This document shows positions 21,038-29,668 of a stretch of 36,444 nt of DNA, piece by piece. Origin of the DNA: a virus. The position numbers were made by a program, and so were the translations under genes. Where the stretch lies: positions 1-36,444 of the IMG/VR virus record IMGVR_UViG_3300045988_155528; one strand, given 5' to 3'. The notes beneath the pieces are model-generated. The model had not been told where the DNA came from. It did no database searches and saw only the letters and a list, made by a program, of their open reading frames with translations. Numbering within the stretch: position 1 is the stretch's first letter; the number at the start of each line of letters is the position of its first letter.

Positions 21038-21238
21038 TTGCAATCTCAAGGCTTTTCTGGTAAACTAACAGTGAAAGACGGGTTCCTCCAGTGCCCGACT
21101 TGTCGCGGCAATAAAAAGCTGCTCAAGATCGAGCCGGACACGACGGCGACTAATCTGGTCGTCTTCTGCCGTTTCTGTAAAACCGAACATCGGATCGACA
21201 TCAGTCGGGGCCAGTGCTTTGAGAGCCGGGGCCAGTGA
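21038..21238 (+). CDS. Cysteine-rich KTR-type small protein
   Basis: CPTCRGNKKLLKIEPDTTATNLVVFCRFCKTEHRIDI fits the Cys_rich_KTR layout. TTG start 12 nt after AGGAG, so the start is uncertain. Confidence 0.65.
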   Translation: MQSQGFSGKLTVKDGFLQCPTCRGNKKLLKIEPDTTATNLVVFCRFCKTEHRIDISRGQCFESRGQ

Positions 21239-21280
21239 TAGACACATGTGCGTGTTTGTTGCTGGCCCCGGCTCTTTTTC
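21223..21280 (+). terminator. Rho-independent terminator (13-bp GC stem plus T tract)
   Basis: GAGCCGGGGCCAG (21223-21235) pairs with CTGGCCCCGGCTC (21262-21274) and is followed by TTTTT. Confidence 0.7.
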
Positions 21281-21343
21281 GTTTCCCGGACAGCGCCGAG
21301 GCGATAGCCGGCGCACGGGGAAGAAAGGGCCGGGTGTCCGCGT

Positions 21344-21658
21344 ATGAGTCAATCCTGGGCGAGAGGGTTCTACTCCGGCAAGGCGTGGCTGCGCTGCCGC
21401 GCTGCGTTCATCGCCAAGCGCCGCGCGATCGACGGCGGGATGTGTATGGACTGCGGCGAGAGGCTCGGCTACATCGCGCATCACTGGCCGGTCATGCTGA
21501 CGGCCGAGACCGTCAACGATCCGGACATCGCGCTTAACCATGCAAATCTCCGCTGGGTCTGCAAAGAATGTCACGACAAGTATCCCGGGCACGGCGTCGC
21601 GCCGTCGCTTACGCCGCCGATCCGCTTCGACGCTGACGGAGACCCTATCCCCCCGTAA
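21344..21658 (+). CDS. HNH endonuclease (packaging-associated)
   Basis: CMDCG...IAHHWP...NLRWVCKECHDK. It lies directly upstream of the terminase genes, as in HK97-like cos phages. Confidence 0.85.
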   Translation: MSQSWARGFYSGKAWLRCRAAFIAKRRAIDGGMCMDCGERLGYIAHHWPVMLTAETVNDPDIALNHANLRWVCKECHDKYPGHGVAPSLTPPIRFDADGDPIPP

Positions 21659-21816
21659 TTTTTCTGCGGCCTCGGCCGCTCCTGACCGCCGCCCAGCCTC
21701 GGGAGAATACACAGGGTCGCGCAAGGCCCCCCACCGAAAGCGCAAAAATCGGGCAGAAGAAAAATATCAACAAAGACCCCGCGCACATGAGGAAAAGCCG
21801 CGAAAGGAGGGCGAAA

Positions 21817-22194
21817 ATGGGGCGAAATGCAAAGCCAAAGACCAAAGCTGACCGGATAAAAGCCGAAAAAAAACGACTTGAATCCATCTACCAGGACATA
21901 GACCCCGTTCGCCAGAAGCTCGCCGCTCCGCTCATCGAGCGCGCCGCTTTCATGCGCATCGAGTGCGAGGATCTCGAAGCCGACATCAAGGAGAACGGCT
22001 GGACTGAGATGTTTACCCAGTCGGCCAACGTCGAGCCTTATGCCCGTGCCCGCCCGGAGGGGCAGAGTTACCAGAGCCTGAACGGGAACTACCAGAAGAT
22101 CATCCGGCAGCTCGACTCCATGCTCCCCGCCGTTGCCGGCAACAGCGAGGACGACGGCTTCGGCAGTTTCGTCACGGGGCGTGATGACCCGTGA
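21817..22194 (+). CDS. terS: Terminase small subunit (P27 family-like)
   Basis: AGGAGG RBS. N-terminal MGRNAKPKTKADRIKAEK, then AAPLIERAAFMRIECEDLEADIKENG. It precedes terL with a 4-nt overlap. Confidence 0.85.
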   Translation: MGRNAKPKTKADRIKAEKKRLESIYQDIDPVRQKLAAPLIERAAFMRIECEDLEADIKENGWTEMFTQSANVEPYARARPEGQSYQSLNGNYQKIIRQLDSMLPAVAGNSEDDGFGSFVTGRDDP

Positions 22195-23936
22195 CAAAGC
22201 GCAGGTCGTATCCCCTCACTTTCGCCCCGATACGCGAGTACTGGACGAAAATCGAGAGCGGACAGGAAGTCGTCTCGCAGAAGATCTACCGGACCTACCG
22301 GCACATAGTCCGCCGCATGGACGGAAAAGGCTCGGAGTACTTCTACGACCCGCGGCGCGCTAACCACGTGATCGAGTTCGTCGAGAACTACTGCCGGCAC
22401 TCCAAGGGCAAGCTCGGAGGTCAGCTCATCCAGCTTGAGCTCTGGGAAAAAGCGATGCTCGCGACGGTGTTCGGCTTCGTCGACATTGAGGGCAACCGGC
22501 AGTATCACGAGGCGATCCTGATTGTCGGCAAGAAGAACGGCAAGAGCCTGCTCGCCTCGGCGATAGGCCTGTACATGCAGCTTGCCGATTCTGAGCCCGG
22601 TCCGGAGGTCTATGCAGTCGCTACCAAGCGCGATCAGGCTAAGATTATCTGGTCAGAAGCAAAACGCATGGTGCAGAAGTCCCCGACGCTGCTCAAGCGT
22701 GTGCGGCCGCTCGTCGGCGAGATCGCCAGCGACTACAACGACGGCGTATTCAAGCCGCTGTCCTCCGACAGCGACACGCTGGACGGCCTCAACGTTCACT
22801 GCGCGCTCCTCGACGAGATTCACCAGTGGAAGAACGGGCGGCAGCTGTACGACATCATCGCCGACGGCATGTCAGCCCGCGAGCAGCCGCTGCTGTTCAT
22901 CACCTCGACCGCCGGCAAGATTCGCGAAGATCTCTATGACGAGAAGTACGAGGAGATAGAGCGGGTCATAAACGGCTATGACGACCCTGACGGCTATCGC
23001 GACGACCGTCTCGTCGCGTTCGTCTACGAGCTCGATGCCCGTGCGGAATGGACAGACCCCGCCTGCTGGAAAAAGGCCAACCCCGGCCTCGGCACTATTA
23101 AGAGCTACCGCACACTTGCCGAGAAGGTCGAGAAGGCCAAGGCGAACCCCGCGCTTGTCAAGAATCTGGTCTGTAAAGAGTTCAACATCCGCGAGACCAG
23201 CTCCGAGGCGTGGCTCACCTTTGAGGAGCTCGACTGCCGCGACACGTACAAGCTCAACCCCTCGGAGCGGATCTTCGTTTGGGTGCATAACGGCGTTGAA
23301 GAGGTGCTGCCGTATCCGACCTACGGTATCGGCGGCGTTGACCTGTCGAGCACGACCGACCTCACGGCCGCCCGTGTCATCTTCCAGGTTCCCGGGTGTG
23401 AGAAGATCTTCTCGATCTCTATGTACTGGCTGGCCGAGGATCTTCTCACCAAACGAGTCAACGAGGACAAAATCCCGTATGACAAGTGGCTCGACCGCGG
23501 GTTGGTTCAGCTCAGCCCCGGCAACCACGTTCACGCGAAATACGTGAAGGAGTGGTTTGTCTACGTTCAGGAGGAGCTGGACATCTACATCCCCTACGTC
23601 GGATACGACAGCTGGAGCGCGACCTACTTCGTTGAGGACATGGCTGACTACTTCGGCAAGATGTCAATGATCCCGGTCGTGCAGGGCAAGAAGACGCTCA
23701 GTGAGCCGATGAAGCGCCTCGGCAATGACCTCGGCAGCAAGCGCATCATCTACAACAACAATCCGATCGACAAGTGGTGCCTGGCGAATACGGCTTACGA
23801 CGAGGACGTTAACGGCAACATCCAGCCGCACAAGACCAGCAAGCCGACCCGCCGCATTGACGGCACGGCTGCGCTGCTGGACGCGTACACCGTGTTCCTG
23901 GACAAGCAGGACGAATACCGCGACCTGATCGCATAG
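22191..23936 (+). CDS. terL: Terminase large subunit
   Basis: 581 aa. Walker A-like VGKKNGKS, then LLDEIHQW and a C-terminal nuclease region ending IDGTAALLDAY. Confidence 0.95.
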   Translation: MTKRRSYPLTFAPIREYWTKIESGQEVVSQKIYRTYRHIVRRMDGKGSEYFYDPRRANHVIEFVENYCRHSKGKLGGQLIQLELWEKAMLATVFGFVDIEGNRQYHEAILIVGKKNGKSLLASAIGLYMQLADSEPGPEVYAVATKRDQAKIIWSEAKRMVQKSPTLLKRVRPLVGEIASDYNDGVFKPLSSDSDTLDGLNVHCALLDEIHQWKNGRQLYDIIADGMSAREQPLLFITSTAGKIREDLYDEKYEEIERVINGYDDPDGYRDDRLVAFVYELDARAEWTDPACWKKANPGLGTIKSYRTLAEKVEKAKANPALVKNLVCKEFNIRETSSEAWLTFEELDCRDTYKLNPSERIFVWVHNGVEEVLPYPTYGIGGVDLSSTTDLTAARVIFQVPGCEKIFSISMYWLAEDLLTKRVNEDKIPYDKWLDRGLVQLSPGNHVHAKYVKEWFVYVQEELDIYIPYVGYDSWSATYFVEDMADYFGKMSMIPVVQGKKTLSEPMKRLGNDLGSKRIIYNNNPIDKWCLANTAYDEDVNGNIQPHKTSKPTRRIDGTAALLDAYTVFLDKQDEYRDLIA

Positions 23937-23947
23937 GGAGTGATGCT

Positions 23948-25129
23948 TTGAGCATATTCGACAGATTTATAAATAAGACAATTTCCCGCGTCGACCTTGT
24001 GACTGAGCGCGGCAACGGCTTTTTTGCATGGAACGGCAAGGCTTACCAGAGCGACATTGTCCTCTCCGCCATCCGGCAGGATGTGAAGGCCGTCGGCAAG
24101 CTGACGCCGAAGCACGTCCGGGAAAGCTTCACCGCCGACGGCAAGCGCAAGATCGACATAAATCCGGAGCCTTACATCCGGTTCCTGCTTGAGGAGCCGA
24201 ACCCGTGGATGACGGGCTCGGTGTTCCGCGAGAAGCTGATGACTCAGCTCAAGCTCAACCAGAACGCTTTCGCGCTGATCCTGCGTGATGACAACGGGCT
24301 TCCGGTCAATATCTATCCGATATCGGCCTCCGGCTGTGAGGCGATCTATGACCGCAGCGGTGAGCTGTTCCTCAAGTTCTTTTTCAACAACGGCAAAATC
24401 TTTACCTTCAGGTACACGGACGTGATCCACCTGCGGGATAACTTCCACAAGGACGATATCTTTGGGACGCCGATATTTCCGGCGCTCGAACCGCTGATGC
24501 AGATCGTGTCCGTCACAGACCAGGGCATTGTCAAGGCCGTCAAAAACAGCTCGGTCATCCGCTGGCTGCTGAAGCTCAACAGCTCGATGCGGAAGAAGGA
24601 CGTTGAAGAGCAGGCGAACAGCTTCGCCAAGGCGTTTCTCGACGTCGAAAACGGCCGCGGAGTGGCCGCGGTCGACGCGAAGGCTGACGCCGTGCAGGTC
24701 AACCCGACCGACTACGTGCCGAACGCCGCGCAGATGGACCGAACCACAAAGCGCATTTATTCGCTTTTTGGGACTAATCAGAAGGTCGTTGACACCTCGC
24801 GCAGCGAGGCCGAGTGGGGCGCACACTTCGACAGCGAGGTCGAGTGGGTGCAGAACCAGCTCAGCGAGGAGTTTACCCGGAAACTGTTTTCCCGCAAGGC
24901 GCGAGCCTTCGGGAACAAGATCGTATTCGAGGCGAGCGCTTGGGACTGCGCGAGCATGCAGACCAAGCTCAATCTCGTTTCACTCGTCGACCGCGGCGCT
25001 CTGACGCCGAACGAGTGGCGCGCTGCGTTCAACCTCGCACCGGTCGACGGCGGCGATGAGCCGATACGGCGTCTTGACACCGCGCCGACAAAGCAAATAG
25101 GAGAGGAGGCATCATCCGGTGAGAATTGA
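23948..25129 (+). CDS. Portal protein (HK97 family-like)
   Basis: 393 aa. TTG start 8 nt after AGGGAG. It lies between terL and the prohead protease. Confidence 0.9.
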   Translation: MSIFDRFINKTISRVDLVTERGNGFFAWNGKAYQSDIVLSAIRQDVKAVGKLTPKHVRESFTADGKRKIDINPEPYIRFLLEEPNPWMTGSVFREKLMTQLKLNQNAFALILRDDNGLPVNIYPISASGCEAIYDRSGELFLKFFFNNGKIFTFRYTDVIHLRDNFHKDDIFGTPIFPALEPLMQIVSVTDQGIVKAVKNSSVIRWLLKLNSSMRKKDVEEQANSFAKAFLDVENGRGVAAVDAKADAVQVNPTDYVPNAAQMDRTTKRIYSLFGTNQKVVDTSRSEAEWGAHFDSEVEWVQNQLSEEFTRKLFSRKARAFGNKIVFEASAWDCASMQTKLNLVSLVDRGALTPNEWRAAFNLAPVDGGDEPIRRLDTAPTKQIGEEASSGEN

Positions 25130-25796
25130 TGTAAAGGGCACCATCGTCAGCAGCGATGAAGCCTGGATCTACGATTGGTTTGGGATCGAGAACACAAGCC
25201 CGAAGCCGATCAGGGACGCTCTGGCGAGGGCCAGAGGCGAACCCGTTGACGTCTACATAAACTCCGGCGGCGGCGATATCTTCGCCGGGTCGGAAATATA
25301 CTCTGAGCTCAGAGCCTACAAAGGGCCGGTCGCATTGCATGTGACCGGCCTTGCTGCATCTGCGGCCTCGGTGATCGCCTGTGCAGGCCCGTCGGACATC
25401 TCGCCGACGGGGATGGTCATGGTACATAACGTGTCCGGCAGCGCTGCCGGGGACTACCACACCATGGACAAGCACAGCGACGTCCTCCGCAAGGCGAACG
25501 AGACGATTGCCGCCGCCTATGTGGAGAAAACCGGCATGACGCTTGACGAGGCGCTGAAGCTCATGGACGAGGAAACGTGGCTCTCCGCGGCTGACGCTGT
25601 GGAGAAAGGTCTGATCGATAAGGTCAGCGAGCCCGCCGTCCGCATCACGGCCGCCTGCTGCACGGTGCTGCCGGCGGAAGTTATCAACAAAATGCGCAAC
25701 TCGATCAAACCGCCCGAGGGCGAGCCCGCGGACGATCTGATAAAAGCCAAGGCCAAACTCAAATTTTTTGAACTGAAAGGAAGATCTCTCACATGA
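25119..25796 (+). CDS. Prohead (head maturation) protease, ClpP-like
   Basis: INSGGGDIFAGSEIYSELRAYKGPVALHVTGLAASAASVIACAG...MVHN. Confidence 0.9.
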   Translation: MRIDVKGTIVSSDEAWIYDWFGIENTSPKPIRDALARARGEPVDVYINSGGGDIFAGSEIYSELRAYKGPVALHVTGLAASAASVIACAGPSDISPTGMVMVHNVSGSAAGDYHTMDKHSDVLRKANETIAAAYVEKTGMTLDEALKLMDEETWLSAADAVEKGLIDKVSEPAVRITAACCTVLPAEVINKMRNSIKPPEGEPADDLIKAKAKLKFFELKGRSLT

Positions 25797-27007
25797 AGAA
25801 AGAAATCTATCTCCAGAAGCGCGGCGAGCTTATGAATCAGGCCCAGCAGCTTCTGGACGCCGGTGATACCGAGAAGTTCGAGGATGTCACCAAGCAGATT
25901 GAAGCCCTCGACAACGAGTACGAGGAATCCAGCAAGCGCCAGGCGAACCTTGACGCGCTCAAGGACCGTGTCGCCGGCCCTGACTTCGCCGCCGCTGCCG
26001 CTAACCCGCAGTTCGGCAACGTGGTCGGCCGCTACGAGCAGGGCGCGCCCGACGATATGTACGACTCCGCCGAGTATAAGGCGGCGTTCCAGGCATACGT
26101 CTGCCGCGGCGTTCCCATCCCGGCGAAGTTCTCCAATGCCGACCAGAACACCAAGACCAGCGATGCGTCCGTAGTCATTCCGACCACGACCGTCCAGAAG
26201 ATCTATGAGGCGATGGAGCGCGTCGGCAACATTCTGCCGCTCGTCACCCGCACGAACTTTGCCGGCGGCATGTCCGTGCCCACCTCCAGCGTCAAGCCGA
26301 CCGCGACGTGGGTCGCCGAAGGCGCAGGCTCCGACACCCAGAAGAAGACCGTCTCTTATATCTCGTTTTCTTACCACAAGCTGCGCTGCGCAGTCCGTGT
26401 CAGCTACGAGATGGATAACATGGCTTACGGTTTTTTCGAGGCACAGCTGGCGCAGAACGTTGCCGAGGCGATCGTCAAGGCCGAGGAGACCGCCATCTTT
26501 AAGGGCACCGGCAGCGGCCAGCCCAAGGGCTTCCTGGCCGAGACCGCCACGGGCAACATCGACATCGCCAACACCAAGCACATTTCTTACGCCGACCTCT
26601 GCAAGGCCGAAGGCCTTGAGGAAGACGACGAGGCCATCTGGGTTATGACCAAGGCGACCTTCATGAACGAGATTCAGGGCATGGTCGATACCGACGGTCA
26701 GCCCGTCGCCCGCGTCAACTACGGCCTCAACGGCAAGCCCGAGTATTACATCTTCGGCCGCCGCGTCGAGATCGTCAACAAGGCTTACATGGATGACGCG
26801 AACCCTAACCCGACCGCCGACACCATCTGCGCCGCGCTCTACAACTTCCGCAACTACATTTTCAACAGCGGCGTCGCACTGCGCTTCCGCCGCTACACCG
26901 ACGACAAGACCGACGATGAAGTTACCGTCGCGATTGAGGTCTGCGACGGCAGGAGCGTCCAGAATCAGAGCCTTATCACGCTGACCAACAAGAAGGCGGG
27001 CGGCTAA
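25793..27007 (+). CDS. Major capsid protein (HK97 fold family) with N-terminal delta/scaffold domain
   Basis: 404 aa. Coiled-coil N-terminus (KRGELMNQAQQLLDAGD...), followed by an HK97-like body. Gene order is protease then capsid. Confidence 0.9.
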   Translation: MKKEIYLQKRGELMNQAQQLLDAGDTEKFEDVTKQIEALDNEYEESSKRQANLDALKDRVAGPDFAAAAANPQFGNVVGRYEQGAPDDMYDSAEYKAAFQAYVCRGVPIPAKFSNADQNTKTSDASVVIPTTTVQKIYEAMERVGNILPLVTRTNFAGGMSVPTSSVKPTATWVAEGAGSDTQKKTVSYISFSYHKLRCAVRVSYEMDNMAYGFFEAQLAQNVAEAIVKAEETAIFKGTGSGQPKGFLAETATGNIDIANTKHISYADLCKAEGLEEDDEAIWVMTKATFMNEIQGMVDTDGQPVARVNYGLNGKPEYYIFGRRVEIVNKAYMDDANPNPTADTICAALYNFRNYIFNSGVALRFRRYTDDKTDDEVTVAIEVCDGRSVQNQSLITLTNKKAGG

Positions 27008-27008
27008 T

Positions 27009-27025
27009 GTGCCCGAATCGGGCAC
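27009..27025. repeat. Palindrome copy 7: GTGCCCGAATCGGGCAC
   Basis: Perfect copy. The 19-bp version (27008-27026) starts immediately after the capsid stop at 27005-27007. Confidence 0.95.
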
Positions 27026-27046
27026 AAGTGCGTGGGAGGTGCTTAA

Positions 27047-27343
27047 ATGGCGATTCTCGATGATGTAAAGCTCTCCCTCGGCGGGATCTCCCACACAAGG
27101 CTCGACAGCGAGATCGAGGCGGCTATAAACGCGGCCTGCCTCGATCTCCACATCGGCGGAGCGGAGAGCGTGGACAATGCCTGCAACGCCGACCCCCTCG
27201 TCGTTCAGGCTATTAAGAACTACTGCCGTTACTGGTTCAACTATCAGGGCAACGGCGAGTTCTGGTTCAGCTCATACAAGGCGCTGCGTGATTCGATGGC
27301 GCTGTGCGGGCTCTACAACAGGGGTGACGACGATGAAGAGTAA
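27047..27343 (+). CDS. Head-tail connector (gp6-like)
   Basis: 98 aa. Contains DSEIEAAINAACLDL...PLVVQAIKNYCRYWF and follows the capsid gene. Confidence 0.8.
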   Translation: MAILDDVKLSLGGISHTRLDSEIEAAINAACLDLHIGGAESVDNACNADPLVVQAIKNYCRYWFNYQGNGEFWFSSYKALRDSMALCGLYNRGDDDEE

Positions 27344-27650
27344 CCGGACACCGTTCACAGATCTGTGCAAGCTCATCGCAGTCAAGAAGACCTACGACGA
27401 CGCGAACCACTACGAGACGGAGGACGTGCCGACCGAGGTTCTCTGCTCCGTCTCCCAGGGCGTCGGCCGCACAGAGTTTTACGAGGCTCTCAAAGCCGGC
27501 GTCAGGCTGTCCATGGTCGCAGAGATCAACGAGTTCGACTACGACGGTCAGACCGTGCTTGAGCACGACGGGCACCGGTACAGCATCGAGCGCACGTATC
27601 CGACCGGGTACGGTACGTTAGAGCTGAGCTGCGCGGAGGTGACGCGATGA
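27333..27650 (+). CDS. Head-tail adaptor / head closure protein
   Basis: 105 aa. Assigned from position and an SPP1 gp16-like pattern (VLCSVSQGVGRTEFYEA...). Confidence 0.75.
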   Translation: MKSNRTPFTDLCKLIAVKKTYDDANHYETEDVPTEVLCSVSQGVGRTEFYEALKAGVRLSMVAEINEFDYDGQTVLEHDGHRYSIERTYPTGYGTLELSCAEVTR

Positions 27651-27982
27651 CGATAGATGAACGCATCACCACGGCCGTGACGCCGGTCGTGCCGGAGGTC
27701 GCGCCGCAGATCTATGAGGGCAGCGCCCTCACCTATTGCACCTACAACTATGACGAGATGCCCCAGCTGCACTCTTCCGGAAAGCCGAGGCGCATCACCT
27801 ATCTGTGCCAGCTGCACCTCATGCTCCCGCTGGGCGCTGCTTCCGTAACGCTCCGCCGTGAGCTCTGCCGGGCGCTGTGGCACGCGGGCTTCACGTGGCC
27901 GCAGATCACCGACGCCTACGACGGCGACGGGCAGCACTGGGTGTTTGAGTTCGAGGGCAAGGAGGCGCTGGGGGATGGCTAA
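27647..27982 (+). CDS. Tail-completion-type structural protein
   Basis: 111-aa ORF coupled to its neighbours within the connector gene series. Confidence 0.65.
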   Translation: MTIDERITTAVTPVVPEVAPQIYEGSALTYCTYNYDEMPQLHSSGKPRRITYLCQLHLMLPLGAASVTLRRELCRALWHAGFTWPQITDAYDGDGQHWVFEFEGKEALGDG

Positions 27983-28454
27983 GTTCTCCTCCGACGTCGG
28001 CCAGCTCATGCTGGACATGCAGCAGATTGCAGAGATCCCGGAGGACGTGATCGACGAGATGCTTCAGGCCGGCAGCAAGGTCGGCGTTGAAGCAATGCGC
28101 CGGTCGCTGCGCCGGATGGGGCTCGTCAAGACCGGGCAGCTGCTGAACAGCATCGTTGCAGTGCGCAAGACCGGGAAGGACGGGCGCATCTACTATCTGG
28201 CATACCCTAAGGGGAGGCGCAAGGCCGAGCCGCATGTACTCTCGGTCTCCAATGTTAACCGGGTAAATCCGCTGCACACCTACGCCAAGCCGCCGACTAA
28301 TAACGACGTCGGCTTTGTGTGGGAGTTCGGAGCCCCGAAGCGCGGCATACAACCGCGGCAGTGGATGCGCACGGCTAACGAAGAAAGCGCGGACGACGTA
28401 GTCGCCGCGGAGTTCAAAGTTTATGATGATTGGCTCAAATCCAAGGGATTTTAG
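27975..28454 (+). CDS. HK97 gp10-like head-tail joining protein
   Basis: IPEDVIDEMLQAGSKVGVEAMRRSLRRMGLVKTGQLLNSI. Confidence 0.75.
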   Translation: MAKFSSDVGQLMLDMQQIAEIPEDVIDEMLQAGSKVGVEAMRRSLRRMGLVKTGQLLNSIVAVRKTGKDGRIYYLAYPKGRRKAEPHVLSVSNVNRVNPLHTYAKPPTNNDVGFVWEFGAPKRGIQPRQWMRTANEESADDVVAAEFKVYDDWLKSKGF

Positions 28455-28467
28455 AAAGGACTGACAC

Positions 28468-29091
28468 ATGGCTAACGAAAAACATTATGTACCGTATGGC
28501 CTGAGGGACATCTGGTTCGGCGAATACTCGTACTCTGGCGGTGAGATATCCTACGCCAACCAGCAGGTTCTCGGCCGCGGCATCACGGCGACTTTCGACC
28601 TCAAGTTTGCCGAAGGCCGTCTCTACTCCTCCGGCGCGCTGAGCCGGTACAAGAAGAAGCTCACCGGCGGCTCGATCTCGCTCAACGTCGAGGATCTCCC
28701 GCAGAGCATACAGAAATCCATTTTCGCCGCGACCGAGTACAGCCGCAATGTCGGCACCGGCAGCAGCACCGCAGTCAAGAGCATCGGCTACAACCGCAAC
28801 AGCGGCGGCCGCTACGTGGGCATCGCAACCTACGTCCCGGCAGACGAGGCATCCGGTGACGGCTACATCGGCGTGTTTGTACACAAGGCAATGTTCGGCC
28901 CGCCGAGCATGTCTTACCAGACCGAGAACGATTCCATCCAGTGGACGACCCCGACCACGACGGGTGAGTTTGTCGACCCGGACGGCACTCAGAGCGACGG
29001 CTCCCCGTGGTCTCAGATCGAAATCGCGGAGTTTTCCACCGAGGCCGAGGCGCTGGCATGGTGCAAGGCCTGTCTGGGGGTGACCGGATGA
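28468..29091 (+). CDS. Major tail protein
   Basis: 207 aa. It lies directly upstream of the frameshifted chaperone pair and the tape measure gene. Confidence 0.75.
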   Translation: MANEKHYVPYGLRDIWFGEYSYSGGEISYANQQVLGRGITATFDLKFAEGRLYSSGALSRYKKKLTGGSISLNVEDLPQSIQKSIFAATEYSRNVGTGSSTAVKSIGYNRNSGGRYVGIATYVPADEASGDGYIGVFVHKAMFGPPSMSYQTENDSIQWTTPTTTGEFVDPDGTQSDGSPWSQIEIAEFSTEAEALAWCKACLGVTG

Positions 29092-29453
29092 GCGACATCA
29101 GAAGCGTGGTCATGCCCAAGACGATCGACGGCAAGGTCTACCCCCTGACCGTCAACTACAACGTCATCGCCGATATACAGGCGGAGCTCGGCGACCTCCG
29201 GGAGCTGTTCAAGCCCTCGAATTACCTCAAGGTCGCTTCCGTCGCGCTGGCGGCAATGCTCAACGAGGCCGCTTATCAGATGAAGCGTCCGGATCGCTTC
29301 GACTCCCGCAGCGTCGCGCAGTATTTCCCGCCTATCACGGACATGGCAGCAGCGACCACCGAGGCCGTTGAGATCGTCAAGTTCGTGCTGGATGCGATGA
29401 TCGACCCGGAAGAGGCCGGGGACGCGCCCGAAGGGAGCGCCGAAAAAAACTGA
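29088..29453 (+). CDS. Tail assembly chaperone (G-like)
   Basis: 121 aa with an acidic C-terminus. It ends at an A_AAA_AAC slippery site. Confidence 0.75.
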   Translation: MSDIRSVVMPKTIDGKVYPLTVNYNVIADIQAELGDLRELFKPSNYLKVASVALAAMLNEAAYQMKRPDRFDSRSVAQYFPPITDMAAATTEAVEIVKFVLDAMIDPEEAGDAPEGSAEKN

Positions 29454-29668
29454 GCTCCGGCGCATTGCCGGAGCTGAAAATTGATTTTGCGCAGGCGCTC
29501 GCGGTCTGGCTGATGCGGTTCAACGGCACGGAGGAGAGCTTCTGGCACGGGCTCTGCCCGCGCCGCCTGAACGCTCTGTGCAAGGTGCTGCTGCCGCAGC
29601 AGCGCCCCCAGTCGCTCCAGAACCGCGATAAGCCGTCAGCGCGTGAGTTTTTCCTCGGAGGTGATTAA
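29088..29668 (+). CDS. Tail assembly chaperone, -1 frameshift product (GT-like)
   Basis: The heptamer A AAA AAC at 29444-29450 is in the zero frame. The -1 frame stays open from there through ORF 29465..29668, which ends 1 nt before the tape measure start. Confidence 0.65.

Noticed and set aside
12258-24826. Other long antisense or out-of-frame ORFs (for example 12258..12815-, 12395..13003-, 14129..14971-, 16528..17349-, 17395..18210-, 21065..21745-, 21571..22197-, 22872..23534-, 23795..24826-)
   Set aside because: Each overlaps a same-locus gene with strong family motifs (regulators, DnaB, ParB, HNH, terminase, portal). Their translations are Arg/Ala/Pro-rich with no recognisable motifs.
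2656-27025. The dispersed palindromes as a CRISPR array or as standard plus-strand intrinsic terminators
   Set aside because: The copies are 1-10 kb apart rather than regularly spaced with short spacers, and no cas genes are present. On the plus strand none of them is followed by a U tract.
25517-27151. A 544-aa minus-strand ORF, the longest non-annotated ORF in the track
   Set aside because: It is entirely antisense to the clearly recognisable protease and HK97-type capsid genes. It has no RBS, and its product is low-complexity and rich in Gly, Ala, Val and Arg. This is a typical stop-free shadow frame in GC-rich DNA.
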